Assembly: GCA_963934255.1 (NCBI GenBank) | Contig: CAWVXU010000002.1 | Location: 1 to 64,000, forward strand | Reading direction: 5' to 3' | DNA length: 64,000 nucleotides | Source of the DNA: an uncultured Fibrobacterales bacterium | Lineage (GTDB): Bacteria; Fibrobacterota; Fibrobacteria; Fibrobacterales; CAWVXU01 | Part shown: positions 36,940 to 47,652 of the stretch, one piece after another | Layout of the letters: each line of letters begins with the position of its first letter | Position numbering within the stretch: the first letter of the stretch is position 1 | Made by a program: the position numbers and the translations under genes | The notes under the pieces: generated by a model | The model's database searches: none | Told to the model about the DNA's origin: nothing | The model's input: only the letters and a program-made list of their open reading frames with translations

Positions 36940-39483
36940 CTAAAAGTAATACTCAAATGACAAGAGCAGTGGGAAAAATGGGAACTGTGCTGTCGTTTGG
37001 CGCTTGGGTGGGTTTGTTTGAGTGTAGTTATAACTAAGAACGTTTTCATTATTGGTGATATTAAGAATCGTCCAAGAGAAATTCCATTTATTATATCGAC
37101 CCATGTCGATAATTTTAATGTCCCATCGGAAATAATCTGGGTACCTTGTTTCATTCCGTCCATCATAAGGAGTCGCTATGTTACCTTCAAGGACTGGATT
37201 AGGGCCACCTGCGCGTTCACCTCCTCCTTGGTCAACGCCGTGAGTTTTATAATATCCGGTCACCCCCGTAAATGGCAAGCCACTGGTCCAAGACAGTCCC
37301 GTAGAACTTCTTAAATAACGACCCTTTTCCTTATGAGTCCATATCGATTCAGATTGTTTACCTTTCCAATTCAAAGATAAATCAGTTTTAACAGAATGGG
37401 GTTTGTCCCAATTAGCAGGGAAAACTTCATTATTTTCATTGAGAACTGAATAACCATAAGAATAACTGATTCCACCATATACAATTCCTGCTGGTTTTCT
37501 AAAACTCAACTCCAAACCATAGCTGTAGCCCTCGCTTTTTTCAAAGGATTGGCCAAGCTTTGCATTGACATTCGTGAGGACTGAATCCGGTTGCGAGTTA
37601 GGATCATAAGAAATTAAATTGTTCAATGTTTTATAATAAACCTCTGCATCCCAGTTGTATTTGTCCAGCAATTTTTCTTCAGAGAAACCCAAACTAAATA
37701 AAATTGAATTTGAAGGTTCAATTGTTTTACCTGGGACTTTTTTACTTGGATAATAAAATTCATTAATACTTTCAAAGTTGGAAAACAAAATAGAATTCAC
37801 GTATTGGTAATACTTACCTACATGAAAATCAATCTTTCGATTTCTATCAATAGCATATGTCGTTGAAATCCTTGGCTCATAGGTCCATGCATCAAGAAGA
37901 TCTTGGTAGTTCACTCTGAGTCCTGGTTGGAAAAACCAATTGCCTAGACGAATTTGATTTTGAATAAATGGTGAGGACAAGCTGTACATGCCTTCATCGC
38001 GGCTATTGATATCGTTGGCTAAAATTTCTCGTCCAAAATACGCATCAGTCCATCGTTGCTCAACTCCTATTGTCCAGTTCTGATTAGTCATGGCTGAGTA
38101 TTCAAACTTGGTTTTTACTGTATGGGTTTCTATACCATTGACAATCTGAAAAATTTCACCTAATGCAAAAACTTGTCCGAATTGCGAGTATGCATAATTG
38201 GCTTGCAATTTCCAATCATCATTAATTTTTTTCCAATAGTTGACCGGATAAACTTGATTGCCCCAAGTCACTTTAAAAACATCAAAATCAAGAGTGTCGC
38301 CACCTACGTAACCCGACACCATAATTTTTTCATCTCCACTAGGTTGCCATACAATATTTCCTTGTAAATCAGTAAAACGATAATTTAATTCAATGTCGCT
38401 AATTCCTACCTCTGCAAGTGCCTCAAGGGTTTCTTTGATATAGGTTTGTCTATAAGCAAATAACCAACTAAATTCATCTTGTTTGCCTTCAGTATGAAGC
38501 TGAGTCGCAAAGGTCGACACTTTGATAGAACTGTTCACAAACCAGGCATCTTCTTTTTTGTCAGCGCCTTGACGGGATTTCAGATCAAGTACCGAAGACA
38601 GCCTATTGCCAAATTCAGGTGTAAAGCCACCTTTATAAAAATTCACATCATCAAGACCTTCCACCAAAAAAGTGGAGAAAAGTCCGAAGAAATGCACTGG
38701 ACTATAAACTACGCCATTATCAAATAAAAATAAATTTTGATCGGCACCTCCGCCGCGAACATAAATTTTTGAACTAAAGTCACTGGAGGCAACTACCCCC
38801 GGTAATGCTTGTATTGCTTTTATGACATCCGCTTCAGCGAGCGCTGGCATCCTCTTGATAGATTTAGCAGAAACCGTAGACTGCCCAAGTGCTCTTTTGG
38901 GTCTACGTTTGACACGAACAACTACTTTTTTGAGCTGGGTAGATTTACTGATAGTTTCAGCAGAGCTAGTGGGCTCAATTATGGTCGATGTATCAACTTC
39001 CATCTTTTGCAAATTGAGTTTTGATAAATCAGCAAGCTTAGAGAAAACCTTGACTTTGTTGTATTCAGATAATTCAGCGTTAAACTTCCGACCCATTTTA
39101 CCAAAAGCCTGAGAATCTGAGGAGCCTGGCTGATATTCGGGATACACTATACTATAACACTCTTGAACCTTCTCTTGGCTGGCACAAATTGTCCAATTTT
39201 CATCTTCTGGTAATACTAAACTCAGACGTTCATTTGGGTTTGTCGCCGCACTTGGAATACTCGTTAATGATTCGCCCGATTCTATCACTTCGAAGACTAT
39301 TTCTTGCTCTGAATTAAATGTAGAGTCTTCTAGGACAAAAAACACTTGGAATGGTGGGGGGGGAATAGCCGCAGGAGCTGGTGCCACATCCTCTTGAGGA
39401 ACCAAGCTTGAACAGGCTGTCAAAACAAAAATAGCCGCTATATAAATAGCGCTAAAGCTTGATTTGACCTTAAAAAATTGCAA
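36940..39483 (-). CDS. TonB-dependent receptor
   Basis: GGGGAG RBS with TTG start; LKKVVV TonB-box-like; ALPGV, IYVRGGGADQNL, FYKGGFTPEFGNRLSSV; C-terminal FEYYF. Confidence 0.92.
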   Translation of the reverse strand: MQFFKVKSSFSAIYIAAIFVLTACSSLVPQEDVAPAPAAIPPPPFQVFFVLEDSTFNSEQEIVFEVIESGESLTSIPSAATNPNERLSLVLPEDENWTICASQEKVQECYSIVYPEYQPGSSDSQAFGKMGRKFNAELSEYNKVKVFSKLADLSKLNLQKMEVDTSTIIEPTSSAETISKSTQLKKVVVRVKRRPKRALGQSTVSAKSIKRMPALAEADVIKAIQALPGVVASSDFSSKIYVRGGGADQNLFLFDNGVVYSPVHFFGLFSTFLVEGLDDVNFYKGGFTPEFGNRLSSVLDLKSRQGADKKEDAWFVNSSIKVSTFATQLHTEGKQDEFSWLFAYRQTYIKETLEALAEVGISDIELNYRFTDLQGNIVWQPSGDEKIMVSGYVGGDTLDFDVFKVTWGNQVYPVNYWKKINDDWKLQANYAYSQFGQVFALGEIFQIVNGIETHTVKTKFEYSAMTNQNWTIGVEQRWTDAYFGREILANDINSRDEGMYSLSSPFIQNQIRLGNWFFQPGLRVNYQDLLDAWTYEPRISTTYAIDRNRKIDFHVGKYYQYVNSILFSNFESINEFYYPSKKVPGKTIEPSNSILFSLGFSEEKLLDKYNWDAEVYYKTLNNLISYDPNSQPDSVLTNVNAKLGQSFEKSEGYSYGLELSFRKPAGIVYGGISYSYGYSVLNENNEVFPANWDKPHSVKTDLSLNWKGKQSESIWTHKEKGRYLRSSTGLSWTSGLPFTGVTGYYKTHGVDQGGGERAGGPNPVLEGNIATPYDGRNETRYPDYFRWDIKIIDMGRYNKWNFSWTILNITNNENVLSYNYTQTNPPKRQTTAQFPFFPLLLSFEYYF

Positions 39484-39725
39484 ATGACTCCCCTAGAACT
39501 CGCACGCGAACAAAATTTATGCAAAAAACTCACACCGCACAAATGTATGAAACTCGGTCGAAATCAGCTTATATTCAAGTAAAGTTCGTGACGAATAGGT
39601 TCAAAACACCGATAAAATGCTCTTTTAAAATAGACGCACTCTTTGTTTGAGAGAATCGCTCGTTTTTTCTAGTTTTGGTGAGATTTAGGCGGAAAATCCC
39701 ACTACTTAAGATTGGATCAGATATT

Positions 39726-42700
39726 ATGGCAAAACGCGAGGATCTCAAAAAAATTCTTATCATCGGCTCAGGACCCATTGTAATTGGCCAAGCTTGTGAA
39801 TTTGACTACTCAGGAACTCAAGCATGTAAGTCTCTCAGAGAAGAAGGTTACGAAGTTGTACTAGTCAACTCTAACCCTGCAACTATCATGACTGATCCAG
39901 AGACTGCAGAAGCAGTTTATATTGAACCTATCACTCCATCAGCTGTTGAGAAAATCATCGCCAAAGAACGCCCTTGTGCTCTTTTGCCGACTCTCGGTGG
40001 TCAAACTGCTCTTAACTGTGCACTTGAACTTGCAGACCTTGGTATCCTTGAGAAATACAATGTAGAGATGATTGGTGTCAATCCAGCCTCTATTCGTAAA
40101 GCTGAGTCTCGTGAAGAGTTCCGCGAAGCAATGGATAAAATTGGTCTTGAAAGCGCTATTTCTGAAGTGGTGAGAAACGAAGAAGATGCCAAAAAAGCAT
40201 TCGGCATTATTGGCTTGCCTGCAGTGATTCGCCCCGCATTTACTCTAGGTGGCGCAGGTTCAGGCTTTGCATACACTGAAGAAGAATACTGGAACGTTGT
40301 TCGTCATGGCTTAGACCTTTCCCCTACCAATGAAGTTCTTGTAGAAGAATCTATCGTCGGGTGGAAAGAGTATGAGATGGAAGTCATGCGTGACAAAAAA
40401 GATAACTGTGTCATTATCTGCTCTATCGAAAATGTTGACGCTATGGGTATACACACGGGTGATTCAATCACTGTTGCACCTATCCAAACATTAACTGACA
40501 AAGAATACCAGCGCATGCGCAACGCATCACTTGCTTGTCTTCGTGAGATTGGTGTTGAAACGGGTGGATCAAACGTTCAGTTTGCAACCAACCCAAAAGA
40601 TGGTCGTATGGTCATCATCGAAATGAACCCTCGTGTATCTCGCTCTTCTGCTCTTGCATCTAAAGCAACTGGTTTCCCAATCGCCAAAATTGCTGCCAAA
40701 CTCGCCGTTGGTTATACCCTAGATGAGATTCAAAATGATATTACTAAAGAAACTCCTGCGTGTTTCGAGCCGACCATTGACTATGTAGTGACCAAGATAC
40801 CTCGTTTTACTTTTGAAAAATTCCCTCAAGCCGAAAACAACCTTGGAACTCAGATGAAATCTGTAGGTGAAGCTATGGCCATGGGGCGTACATTTAAAGA
40901 GTCTTTACAAAAAGCGATGCGCTCTTTAGAAGATGGCCGATCAGGACTTGGCTCCGATGGCAAAGACAATATTAAAGAAGAAGACATCTTTGATATCATC
41001 ACTAAGACTCGTCCCAAAACCGATCGTCTTTTTTATGTAAAAGCTGCTTTTGAATTTGGTTGGTCACTTGAAAAAGTTCAAGATGTTTGTGGAATTGACC
41101 CTTGGTTCCTTAACCACATCCTTGAGATGGTAGAGTTTGAAAAAGCTGAACTTAAAGGTAAAGCCTTAAACAGTATCTCTCTTGAAATTTTCAAAAAAAC
41201 CAAAGAGATGGGCTATAGTGATATACAGATTGCTTTTTTAACGGGAAGCACCGAATCTGAAACAACTACTCGTCGTAAAGAACTAGAGCTGACCCCAGTC
41301 TACAAAACAGTCGACACTTGTGCTGCTGAATTTGAAGCCATGACTCCTTATCACTACTCTACATATGATGAAGAAAATGAATCAATTCGCACTGACCGTA
41401 AAAAGGTCCTTATCTTAGGTGGCGGGCCTAACCGCATCGGCCAGGGAATTGAGTTTGATTACTGTTGTGTTCATGCATCTTATGCTCTTCAAGAAGAAGG
41501 TATAGAAGCGATCATGGTCAACTCTAATCCAGAGACCGTCTCTACTGACTATGACACCTCAGACAAGCTTTATTTTGAGCCTCTGACTAAAGAAGACGTA
41601 CTAGCGATTGTGGATCAAGAAGAACCTGATGGTATTATCCTGCAGTTCGGTGGACAAACTCCACTCAAACTTGCTCAAGCTTTAGAAGACTATGGCGCTA
41701 AAGTCATCGGTACTTCACCTAAGTCAATCGACCTTGCAGAAGACCGTGAGCTCTTTGCTGAGCTTGTTGAAACTCTGGGGTACAAGCAACCTCCAAATGG
41801 TATCGCCAAGAATATTGATGAAGCACTTTCTGCAGCCAACCGTATTGGTTATCCTGTGCTTGTCCGTCCTTCATTTGTGCTTGGTGGTCGCGCAATGATG
41901 ATTGTCTACGGTGAAGACGAACTCAGAAAATACCTACAAGAAGCTGTGACTGCATCTGACGAAAAACCTGTTCTTATCGACAAGTTCTTAGAAGATGCGA
42001 TTGAAGTAGATGTGGATTGTATCTCTGATGGAACAACAGCAGTAGTTGCAGGTATTATGCAGCACATTGAAGAAGCAGGAATTCACTCAGGTGACTCTGC
42101 TTGTGTACTTCCTTCTATTAGTCTTTCGGATAAAATCATTGAAACTATCACCACTCAGACTAAAGGCTTTGCTAAAGCTTTAAATGTTGTTGGATTGATG
42201 AATATTCAATATGCAGTCAAAGACGAAGAGCTTTATATTATTGAAGTGAACCCTCGTGCATCTCGTACAGTTCCATTTGTTTCAAAAGCAATCGGCGTGC
42301 CTCTTGCTAAACTTGCGACTAAAGTGATGGTCGGTAAAACTCTACAAGAGCTTGGATTTACAGAGCGCATTATTCCAAAGCATTTCTCAGTCAAAGAATC
42401 CGTTTTCCCATTTGCTAAATTCCCAGGTGTAGATACTTTACTTTCACCTGAGATGAAATCAACAGGTGAAGTCATGGGTATCGGACCTGACTTTGGAACT
42501 GCATTTGCAAAAGCCCAAGAAGGGGCAAGTGCGACTCTTCCTAAATCAGGCTCAGTCTTTGTCTCAGTCAATGATCGCGATAAAGAGCGTGTCATCCCTA
42601 CTGTAAAAAAATTAGTTGAGCAAGGCTTCAGAGTCTACGCAACTAAAGGCACAGCAGGCTTGCTTCTTGATAATGGCATCAGCTCAACTTTAACTCATAA

Positions 42701-42941
42701 AGTTTCTGAAGGTTCGCCTAATGCGCTTGACCTGATGAATAACAAAGAAATAGATTTCTTAATAAATACTCCACTAGGCAAAAGTGCTCAAGTAGATGAC
42801 ACAATCATTCGTAAATCTGCTTTAACTAACCATATCCCATACACCACTACTTTAGCCGCCGCAAGTGCTGCAGCAGCTGCGATTGAGTCGCTCAAAGAAA
42901 ATGGTGAGGATGTGTGCTCAATTCAAGAGTATCATAAATAA
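39726..42941 (+). CDS. carB: Carbamoyl-phosphate synthase large subunit
   Basis: [48 protein letters not shown]-terminal MGS domain. Confidence 0.98.
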   Translation: MAKREDLKKILIIGSGPIVIGQACEFDYSGTQACKSLREEGYEVVLVNSNPATIMTDPETAEAVYIEPITPSAVEKIIAKERPCALLPTLGGQTALNCALELADLGILEKYNVEMIGVNPASIRKAESREEFREAMDKIGLESAISEVVRNEEDAKKAFGIIGLPAVIRPAFTLGGAGSGFAYTEEEYWNVVRHGLDLSPTNEVLVEESIVGWKEYEMEVMRDKKDNCVIICSIENVDAMGIHTGDSITVAPIQTLTDKEYQRMRNASLACLREIGVETGGSNVQFATNPKDGRMVIIEMNPRVSRSSALASKATGFPIAKIAAKLAVGYTLDEIQNDITKETPACFEPTIDYVVTKIPRFTFEKFPQAENNLGTQMKSVGEAMAMGRTFKESLQKAMRSLEDGRSGLGSDGKDNIKEEDIFDIITKTRPKTDRLFYVKAAFEFGWSLEKVQDVCGIDPWFLNHILEMVEFEKAELKGKALNSISLEIFKKTKEMGYSDIQIAFLTGSTESETTTRRKELELTPVYKTVDTCAAEFEAMTPYHYSTYDEENESIRTDRKKVLILGGGPNRIGQGIEFDYCCVHASYALQEEGIEAIMVNSNPETVSTDYDTSDKLYFEPLTKEDVLAIVDQEEPDGIILQFGGQTPLKLAQALEDYGAKVIGTSPKSIDLAEDRELFAELVETLGYKQPPNGIAKNIDEALSAANRIGYPVLVRPSFVLGGRAMMIVYGEDELRKYLQEAVTASDEKPVLIDKFLEDAIEVDVDCISDGTTAVVAGIMQHIEEAGIHSGDSACVLPSISLSDKIIETITTQTKGFAKALNVVGLMNIQYAVKDEELYIIEVNPRASRTVPFVSKAIGVPLAKLATKVMVGKTLQELGFTERIIPKHFSVKESVFPFAKFPGVDTLLSPEMKSTGEVMGIGPDFGTAFAKAQEGASATLPKSGSVFVSVNDRDKERVIPTVKKLVEQGFRVYATKGTAGLLLDNGISSTLTHKVSEGSPNALDLMNNKEIDFLINTPLGKSAQVDDTIIRKSALTNHIPYTTTLAAASAAAAAIESLKENGEDVCSIQEYHK

Positions 42942-42957
42942 GACCTCAAATAAAACT

Positions 42958-42991
42958 CTACAAGCCTCGCATTAGCGAGGTTTTGTAGTTT
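42958..42991 (+). terminator. Intrinsic terminator after carB
   Basis: CTACAAGCCTCGC-ATTA-GCGAGGTTTTGTAG-TTT. Confidence 0.7.
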
Positions 42992-43056
42992 AATCTTGTT
43001 TGCTATACAAAACAAGACGTAATCCATTATCTACAGCCCACCCTCTGAGGATCTTC

Positions 43057-44952
43057 ATGTTTAAACTTCGATCACTAGCGCTTTTGAGTATTGCACTATT
43101 TGTGTTATCGGGTTGTACATGTTGTCTCTATCTCAATCACTATTATAACGTAGAGAAATATTTTGACAAAGCTGTAAACTTAAAGAAAGAACGTCTTGAG
43201 ATGAATCCTCAAGATAGCGCCTGGGTGAATAATGATGAAAAAGCCAGCCTGAATAAAGCGATTGAAAAATGTTCTGCCATTCTTGAACGATGGCCCAACG
43301 AAGCTCAATATAAACCAAAAGTTTTGTTTGTTATGGGTGAGTCATTTCTTAAGCTGGGAAGCTGGGTACCTGCTATCCAAAAGTATGATGAATACTTAAA
43401 GTACTTCCCTGAAGGTGAGCAAATCCCAACTGTTAACTTTAACAAAGCATTTGCTCTAGCGCGTTCAGGTAAGCCTTCTCTTGCAAAATTTGCTTTGCAG
43501 CCTATTTTGGCTGACAATCAACATATGTGGCATTCTCAAGCTTTGGCTCTGATGGCTAAACTCCAACTCAGTAATGACAATCCAGAAAGTGCTATTGAGA
43601 CTTTAGAAGCACTACTCAAATTAAAAGATGGTAATCCAAGACTTCGTGCACAAGCCCTCTTCCAACTTGGCGGTCTTTATTTCAGTATCAAGAAGTATGA
43701 CAAATCTAGAGAACGATATAAAAATCCAGAAATAGAGATTCTAGGGAATTCTGTACATTACAAAGCTCTCTTTAGCGGCGCCAAATCAGCCTATGTAGCC
43801 AAGCAATATTCACTTGCGATACAGGACCTTCAAGATATTCTCTCAGAAAAAAAATTCCAAAATCAAAAGGTTTCTACTCAACTCACACTGGCTCATTACT
43901 TAATAGTCAATCAAGAATATAGCCAAGGTTTAGAAATCCTTCACACAATTAAAATTGAACATGCTAAATCTGGTGTTGCAGCGGAGGCTTACTATTGGAT
44001 AGGTGATTATTACGAAATTCATAAAACTAATTACCAAAATGCGATGCTCAATTATGATTCGTCGCAAAGTTCAGAGCCCAAAAGCATCTATGGTGTCAAG
44101 TCTGCCGAGAAGTTAAAAACTTTAAAAAAGCTGACCGCCTGGCATCATGGCAAATCTCACGCAACCACAAGTTCATCTCAAAATTTCCAGATCGCTGAAT
44201 TATTTCTTTTTGAACTTGGACAAACTGATAGTGCACTGAACATACTTGCCGGCATGGTCCATCAAAAAAATCAACTGCCAACTGTAAGGATGAAGGCAGC
44301 TTATGCACAAGCCTTTATTACCGATGAATTTACAGATAATAAAAAGTCATCCGACTCACTCTACCAGTGGATTATTCAAGAATTCCCAAAAAGTACTTAC
44401 GCAAAGCAATCACAAAAAAATCTCGGGTTGAAAGTCACTGTTCAAACCAATGATGACTTAGCTAAAGCTCAATACCTTATTGCCGAGAAAGCTTACGACA
44501 ATCTTCAATCACAATCCATGATACAAGAAGTAGTTTTTGACTCTTTAGAAGCTAAAGTCCTCAGTCAATTTGACTCTATTGCTCTTAAATTCCCACTAAC
44601 TCAAGAGGCTCCTCGTGCTTTGTTTTTCAAAGCTCATCTCTATGAAAACCAACACTTCGACCGAATCAATGCAAAGATTCAGTACCAATCTGTTTTAGAT
44701 CAATATCCAGATACTCCTTGGGGTGAGCGCGCCGCTGAAAAACTCTCTGGGAAATTAACGGAACTGACTCCAGCTAAGATGACTCTGATTCGCCAAGGTT
44801 ATAAAAACTCCATCACTTCCTTTGACCGCCGCTTGGTTCAAATCAAAAATCGACGCCGAGCTACTATTGAAAGACAAGAGCGCAAAGAGAAAGCCGAAGA
44901 GCAAGAACAACTTCTTTGGGATTACAATGACATGTATGATGTCGAAAATTAA
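43057..44952 (+). CDS. TPR lipoprotein (BamD/SprE-PorW-like)
   Basis: LSGC lipobox followed by YLNHYYN; repeated ..YP.T/S..A TPR units. Confidence 0.7.
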   Translation: MFKLRSLALLSIALFVLSGCTCCLYLNHYYNVEKYFDKAVNLKKERLEMNPQDSAWVNNDEKASLNKAIEKCSAILERWPNEAQYKPKVLFVMGESFLKLGSWVPAIQKYDEYLKYFPEGEQIPTVNFNKAFALARSGKPSLAKFALQPILADNQHMWHSQALALMAKLQLSNDNPESAIETLEALLKLKDGNPRLRAQALFQLGGLYFSIKKYDKSRERYKNPEIEILGNSVHYKALFSGAKSAYVAKQYSLAIQDLQDILSEKKFQNQKVSTQLTLAHYLIVNQEYSQGLEILHTIKIEHAKSGVAAEAYYWIGDYYEIHKTNYQNAMLNYDSSQSSEPKSIYGVKSAEKLKTLKKLTAWHHGKSHATTSSSQNFQIAELFLFELGQTDSALNILAGMVHQKNQLPTVRMKAAYAQAFITDEFTDNKKSSDSLYQWIIQEFPKSTYAKQSQKNLGLKVTVQTNDDLAKAQYLIAEKAYDNLQSQSMIQEVVFDSLEAKVLSQFDSIALKFPLTQEAPRALFFKAHLYENQHFDRINAKIQYQSVLDQYPDTPWGERAAEKLSGKLTELTPAKMTLIRQGYKNSITSFDRRLVQIKNRRRATIERQERKEKAEEQEQLLWDYNDMYDVEN

Positions 44953-44959
44953 AACCCCA

Positions 44960-45445
44960 ATGTCTAAATTCATCCTCTTCTTAATCTCATTCTCTATAAT
45001 GGCTTGCTCTCTATCTAAAAGTATTGCCGAGCGCAAAGGTTACAACCGTGACACAGGTTCATGGGGTCTGGGCTCCAATCACCAAGCCAAACAAAGTACT
45101 AATAGCAAGACAAGTACAAAACAATCTCAAGCGCCCACCATTGTCCCTACATCCGGTTCTTTTCGCGGACATATCAGTTACTATGGTCCAGGTTTTGATG
45201 GCAAAAAAACAGCTAGTGGTGAAATATATGATCAAATGGACATGACCTGTGCCCATAAGGAACTCCCTTTTGGAACCCAACTCAAAATAACTCTGATTGA
45301 AACCGGCCGCAGTGTTGAAGTTCGAGTCAATGACCGAGGACCATATATTAAAGGCCGCCTAGTGGATGTATCAGTAGCTGCTGCAAGAGAGCTTGGGCTT
45401 GAGAAGCTCGGTGTCGGTGAAGCACAGGTTGAAATCATCAAGTAA
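44960..45445 (+). CDS. rlpA: Septal ring lytic transglycosylase RlpA family lipoprotein
   Basis: IMAC lipobox; SYYG..FDGKKTASGE, TCAHKELPFGT, VRVNDRGPY, DVS. Confidence 0.9.
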   Translation: MSKFILFLISFSIMACSLSKSIAERKGYNRDTGSWGLGSNHQAKQSTNSKTSTKQSQAPTIVPTSGSFRGHISYYGPGFDGKKTASGEIYDQMDMTCAHKELPFGTQLKITLIETGRSVEVRVNDRGPYIKGRLVDVSVAAARELGLEKLGVGEAQVEIIK

Positions 45446-45548
45446 AGTGCATCCACTTTTTTAATTTAATGACTTTGCGCCCCCAAAAGAGTCCAGTTTA
45501 AATATTTTTGTAACACTACACTGTTGATCGCCATAAAAGGAATACTAC

Positions 45549-46271
45549 ATGCAAGAATCTTGGAATCACATCGCCGCCGCAAATTTTAAAGCTCTATCTC
45601 AAAATTCTTACCCGGGTCGCGGGATTGTCGTGGGTCAAACACCAGATGGCACCAAGATGGTACAAGTTTACTGGATCATGGGCCGTAGCTCTAATAGCCG
45701 TAATCGCATTTTCCTTAATGATGAAAACAACCAAATGCGCACCAAAGCTTTTGATGAATCTAAACTAGAAGATCCATCGCTCATCATCTATTACCCAATA
45801 CGCTCCGAAGGCTCACAACACATTGTTTCTAATGGCGACCAAACTGACACTATTTGGGAAGCACTGAAAAATAATGGTAGCTTTGAAAGTGCGTTAAAGA
45901 CTCGCCAATATGAGCCAGATGGACCTAATTATACACCGCGTATTTCAGCGCTTGTTGAAGGTGATTCTTATCAGATGTCTATTTTGAAATCATTGATGAA
46001 TACTGAAGATGCTTCTCTTCGTTATTTCTTTAATTTTTCCCAAGCAATCTCAGGCCTTGGTCATTTCTTAAGCACTTACGAAGGGGACGGCAATCCACTT
46101 CCTTCTTTTGCTGGTGAGCCAAGACTTATGCCTTTAGACAATGACATAAGCGCCAACCTTGAGAACTATTGGAATGCTTTAAACGAAGATAACAGAGTTT
46201 CTCTTGCCGTCAAAACAATCGACCTCAAAACGGGCGATGTTGAACTTGTGATTAAAAATACAAATCTATAA
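45549..46271 (+). CDS. Stand-alone IMP cyclohydrolase (PurO-like)
   Basis: YPGRGIVVG, YWIMGRSSNSRNR, DPSLIIY, VSNGDQTD, YEPDGPNYTPRIS, NRVSL. Confidence 0.85.
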   Translation: MQESWNHIAAANFKALSQNSYPGRGIVVGQTPDGTKMVQVYWIMGRSSNSRNRIFLNDENNQMRTKAFDESKLEDPSLIIYYPIRSEGSQHIVSNGDQTDTIWEALKNNGSFESALKTRQYEPDGPNYTPRISALVEGDSYQMSILKSLMNTEDASLRYFFNFSQAISGLGHFLSTYEGDGNPLPSFAGEPRLMPLDNDISANLENYWNALNEDNRVSLAVKTIDLKTGDVELVIKNTNL

Positions 46272-46295
46272 TCATGCTCTCATGCCAACTATTCT

Positions 46296-47516
46296 TTGTA
46301 CTTTAACTCGAGGTACTTTCTTAAAGTCAATGAGATTATTTTGTCAGATAAATTTACTCCAACATCACCTGAGGCATCAAATGCTCTTGAAGTATCTCAC
46401 CACGAGAATACAACTATATCAGGCAATTCTGGCAATGATGATGCTTGGGTTTATTTTACAAGTATCCCTCAAAGCGAAGCTGTCAGCATTGGCCTGCTTC
46501 TAGGGTCTCAAGGCATCATCTATATTCCTAGTTGCGAAGGGCCAAACCAAGCTCTCTTAAGCCTCAATCAAGATGACCCTGGTGAGATGGAGAAGATTAA
46601 CCAAGAAATTGCAAATATCGGTGATTTCCCACCCAACTACACACCACCTAAACAGTTTCTCACCCCCTACCATCAAAAACATGGTGAAAACAAAATCGCC
46701 CTTTACCTTAGACGTCGGCATCTTTATCACGCCCACAATCAACTTTTTCTCTGGCACCAAGAAAATGTAGATTCGAATAAACCCAAAGATGATATCACAC
46801 CGATACCTGAGCTAAGCTTGGCCCCTCTGAGCATATTACTCATTCCCGTGTTTTTTTACTTTGCCCTTCCCTTAACAGGCAACTACCCTTATCTCAAAGA
46901 GCAAGGTCTTAACAGCGCTCAAGCAGTACTCAGAGACGGCGAGTGGTGGCGACTTTGGACCGCCTTAACTCTTCACTCGGACCACAAGCACCTGATTTCC
47001 AATTTGATCTCTGGATATTTTGTCCTTAACTTACTCAGAACCCGATTTAACACTCTGAAACAACTAATCACTCTGACTTTGGTAAGTGGAATTGCGAACT
47101 TCTTTGTTGTCTACACTCATGGTTATGATGTTTATGGTGACCATCGTTCACTAGGATTTAGCACCTTTGTGTTTGCGGTACTTGGCATGCTTGCGGCTGT
47201 GGAGACACGCCTCATTTGGAAAGATAAGGATTTTAAGTTCAAGAGATTTACACCATTTACCAGTGCCTTCTTTATTGTCATTATGATGGGACTCGGTGAA
47301 GGTACAGATATCCTTGCACACGTTTATGGGTTTTTCTTTGGGCTCATCCCAGGGCTACTTACTCCGTTAAGGAAGACCAACTTTAACCCTCATTTCAAAA
47401 ACAATACCCCTTCGATCAACGCAAGCAGTACAAATTCCATCTCCATCATCCAACTTGTTACATGGGCCCTTGGGGTATCTTGGTATTTCTTATGCTGGAA
47501 ACTCATTATTGTGTAA
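46296..47516 (+). CDS. Rhomboid family intramembrane serine protease with soluble N-terminal extension (start uncertain)
   Basis: GEWWRLWTALTLH, HLISN, SLGFS (GxS), AHVYG. Confidence 0.85.
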   Translation: MYFNSRYFLKVNEIILSDKFTPTSPEASNALEVSHHENTTISGNSGNDDAWVYFTSIPQSEAVSIGLLLGSQGIIYIPSCEGPNQALLSLNQDDPGEMEKINQEIANIGDFPPNYTPPKQFLTPYHQKHGENKIALYLRRRHLYHAHNQLFLWHQENVDSNKPKDDITPIPELSLAPLSILLIPVFFYFALPLTGNYPYLKEQGLNSAQAVLRDGEWWRLWTALTLHSDHKHLISNLISGYFVLNLLRTRFNTLKQLITLTLVSGIANFFVVYTHGYDVYGDHRSLGFSTFVFAVLGMLAAVETRLIWKDKDFKFKRFTPFTSAFFIVIMMGLGEGTDILAHVYGFFFGLIPGLLTPLRKTNFNPHFKNNTPSINASSTNSISIIQLVTWALGVSWYFLCWKLIIV

Positions 47517-47652
47517 ATACTGATATTTTGAGTAAATCATTTCATAATTCTTCAAAACCAGGCTACTTAAGTTGTTTCTGGCTTAATTACCCACTTATTT
47601 ACAAGAATAAATTCAAAAATTAATTTATGTTAATCAACAAATAATAGGAGGT

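Noticed and set aside
39484..39725. Riboswitch or Fur box upstream of the TonB receptor, or pyrimidine attenuator upstream of carB
   Set aside because: No cobalamin or TPP consensus or convincing Fur palindrome recognised; an Rfam scan would be needed.
39726..42941. carB without adjacent carA
   Set aside because: Separated carA and carB are common; not evidence of anything unusual.
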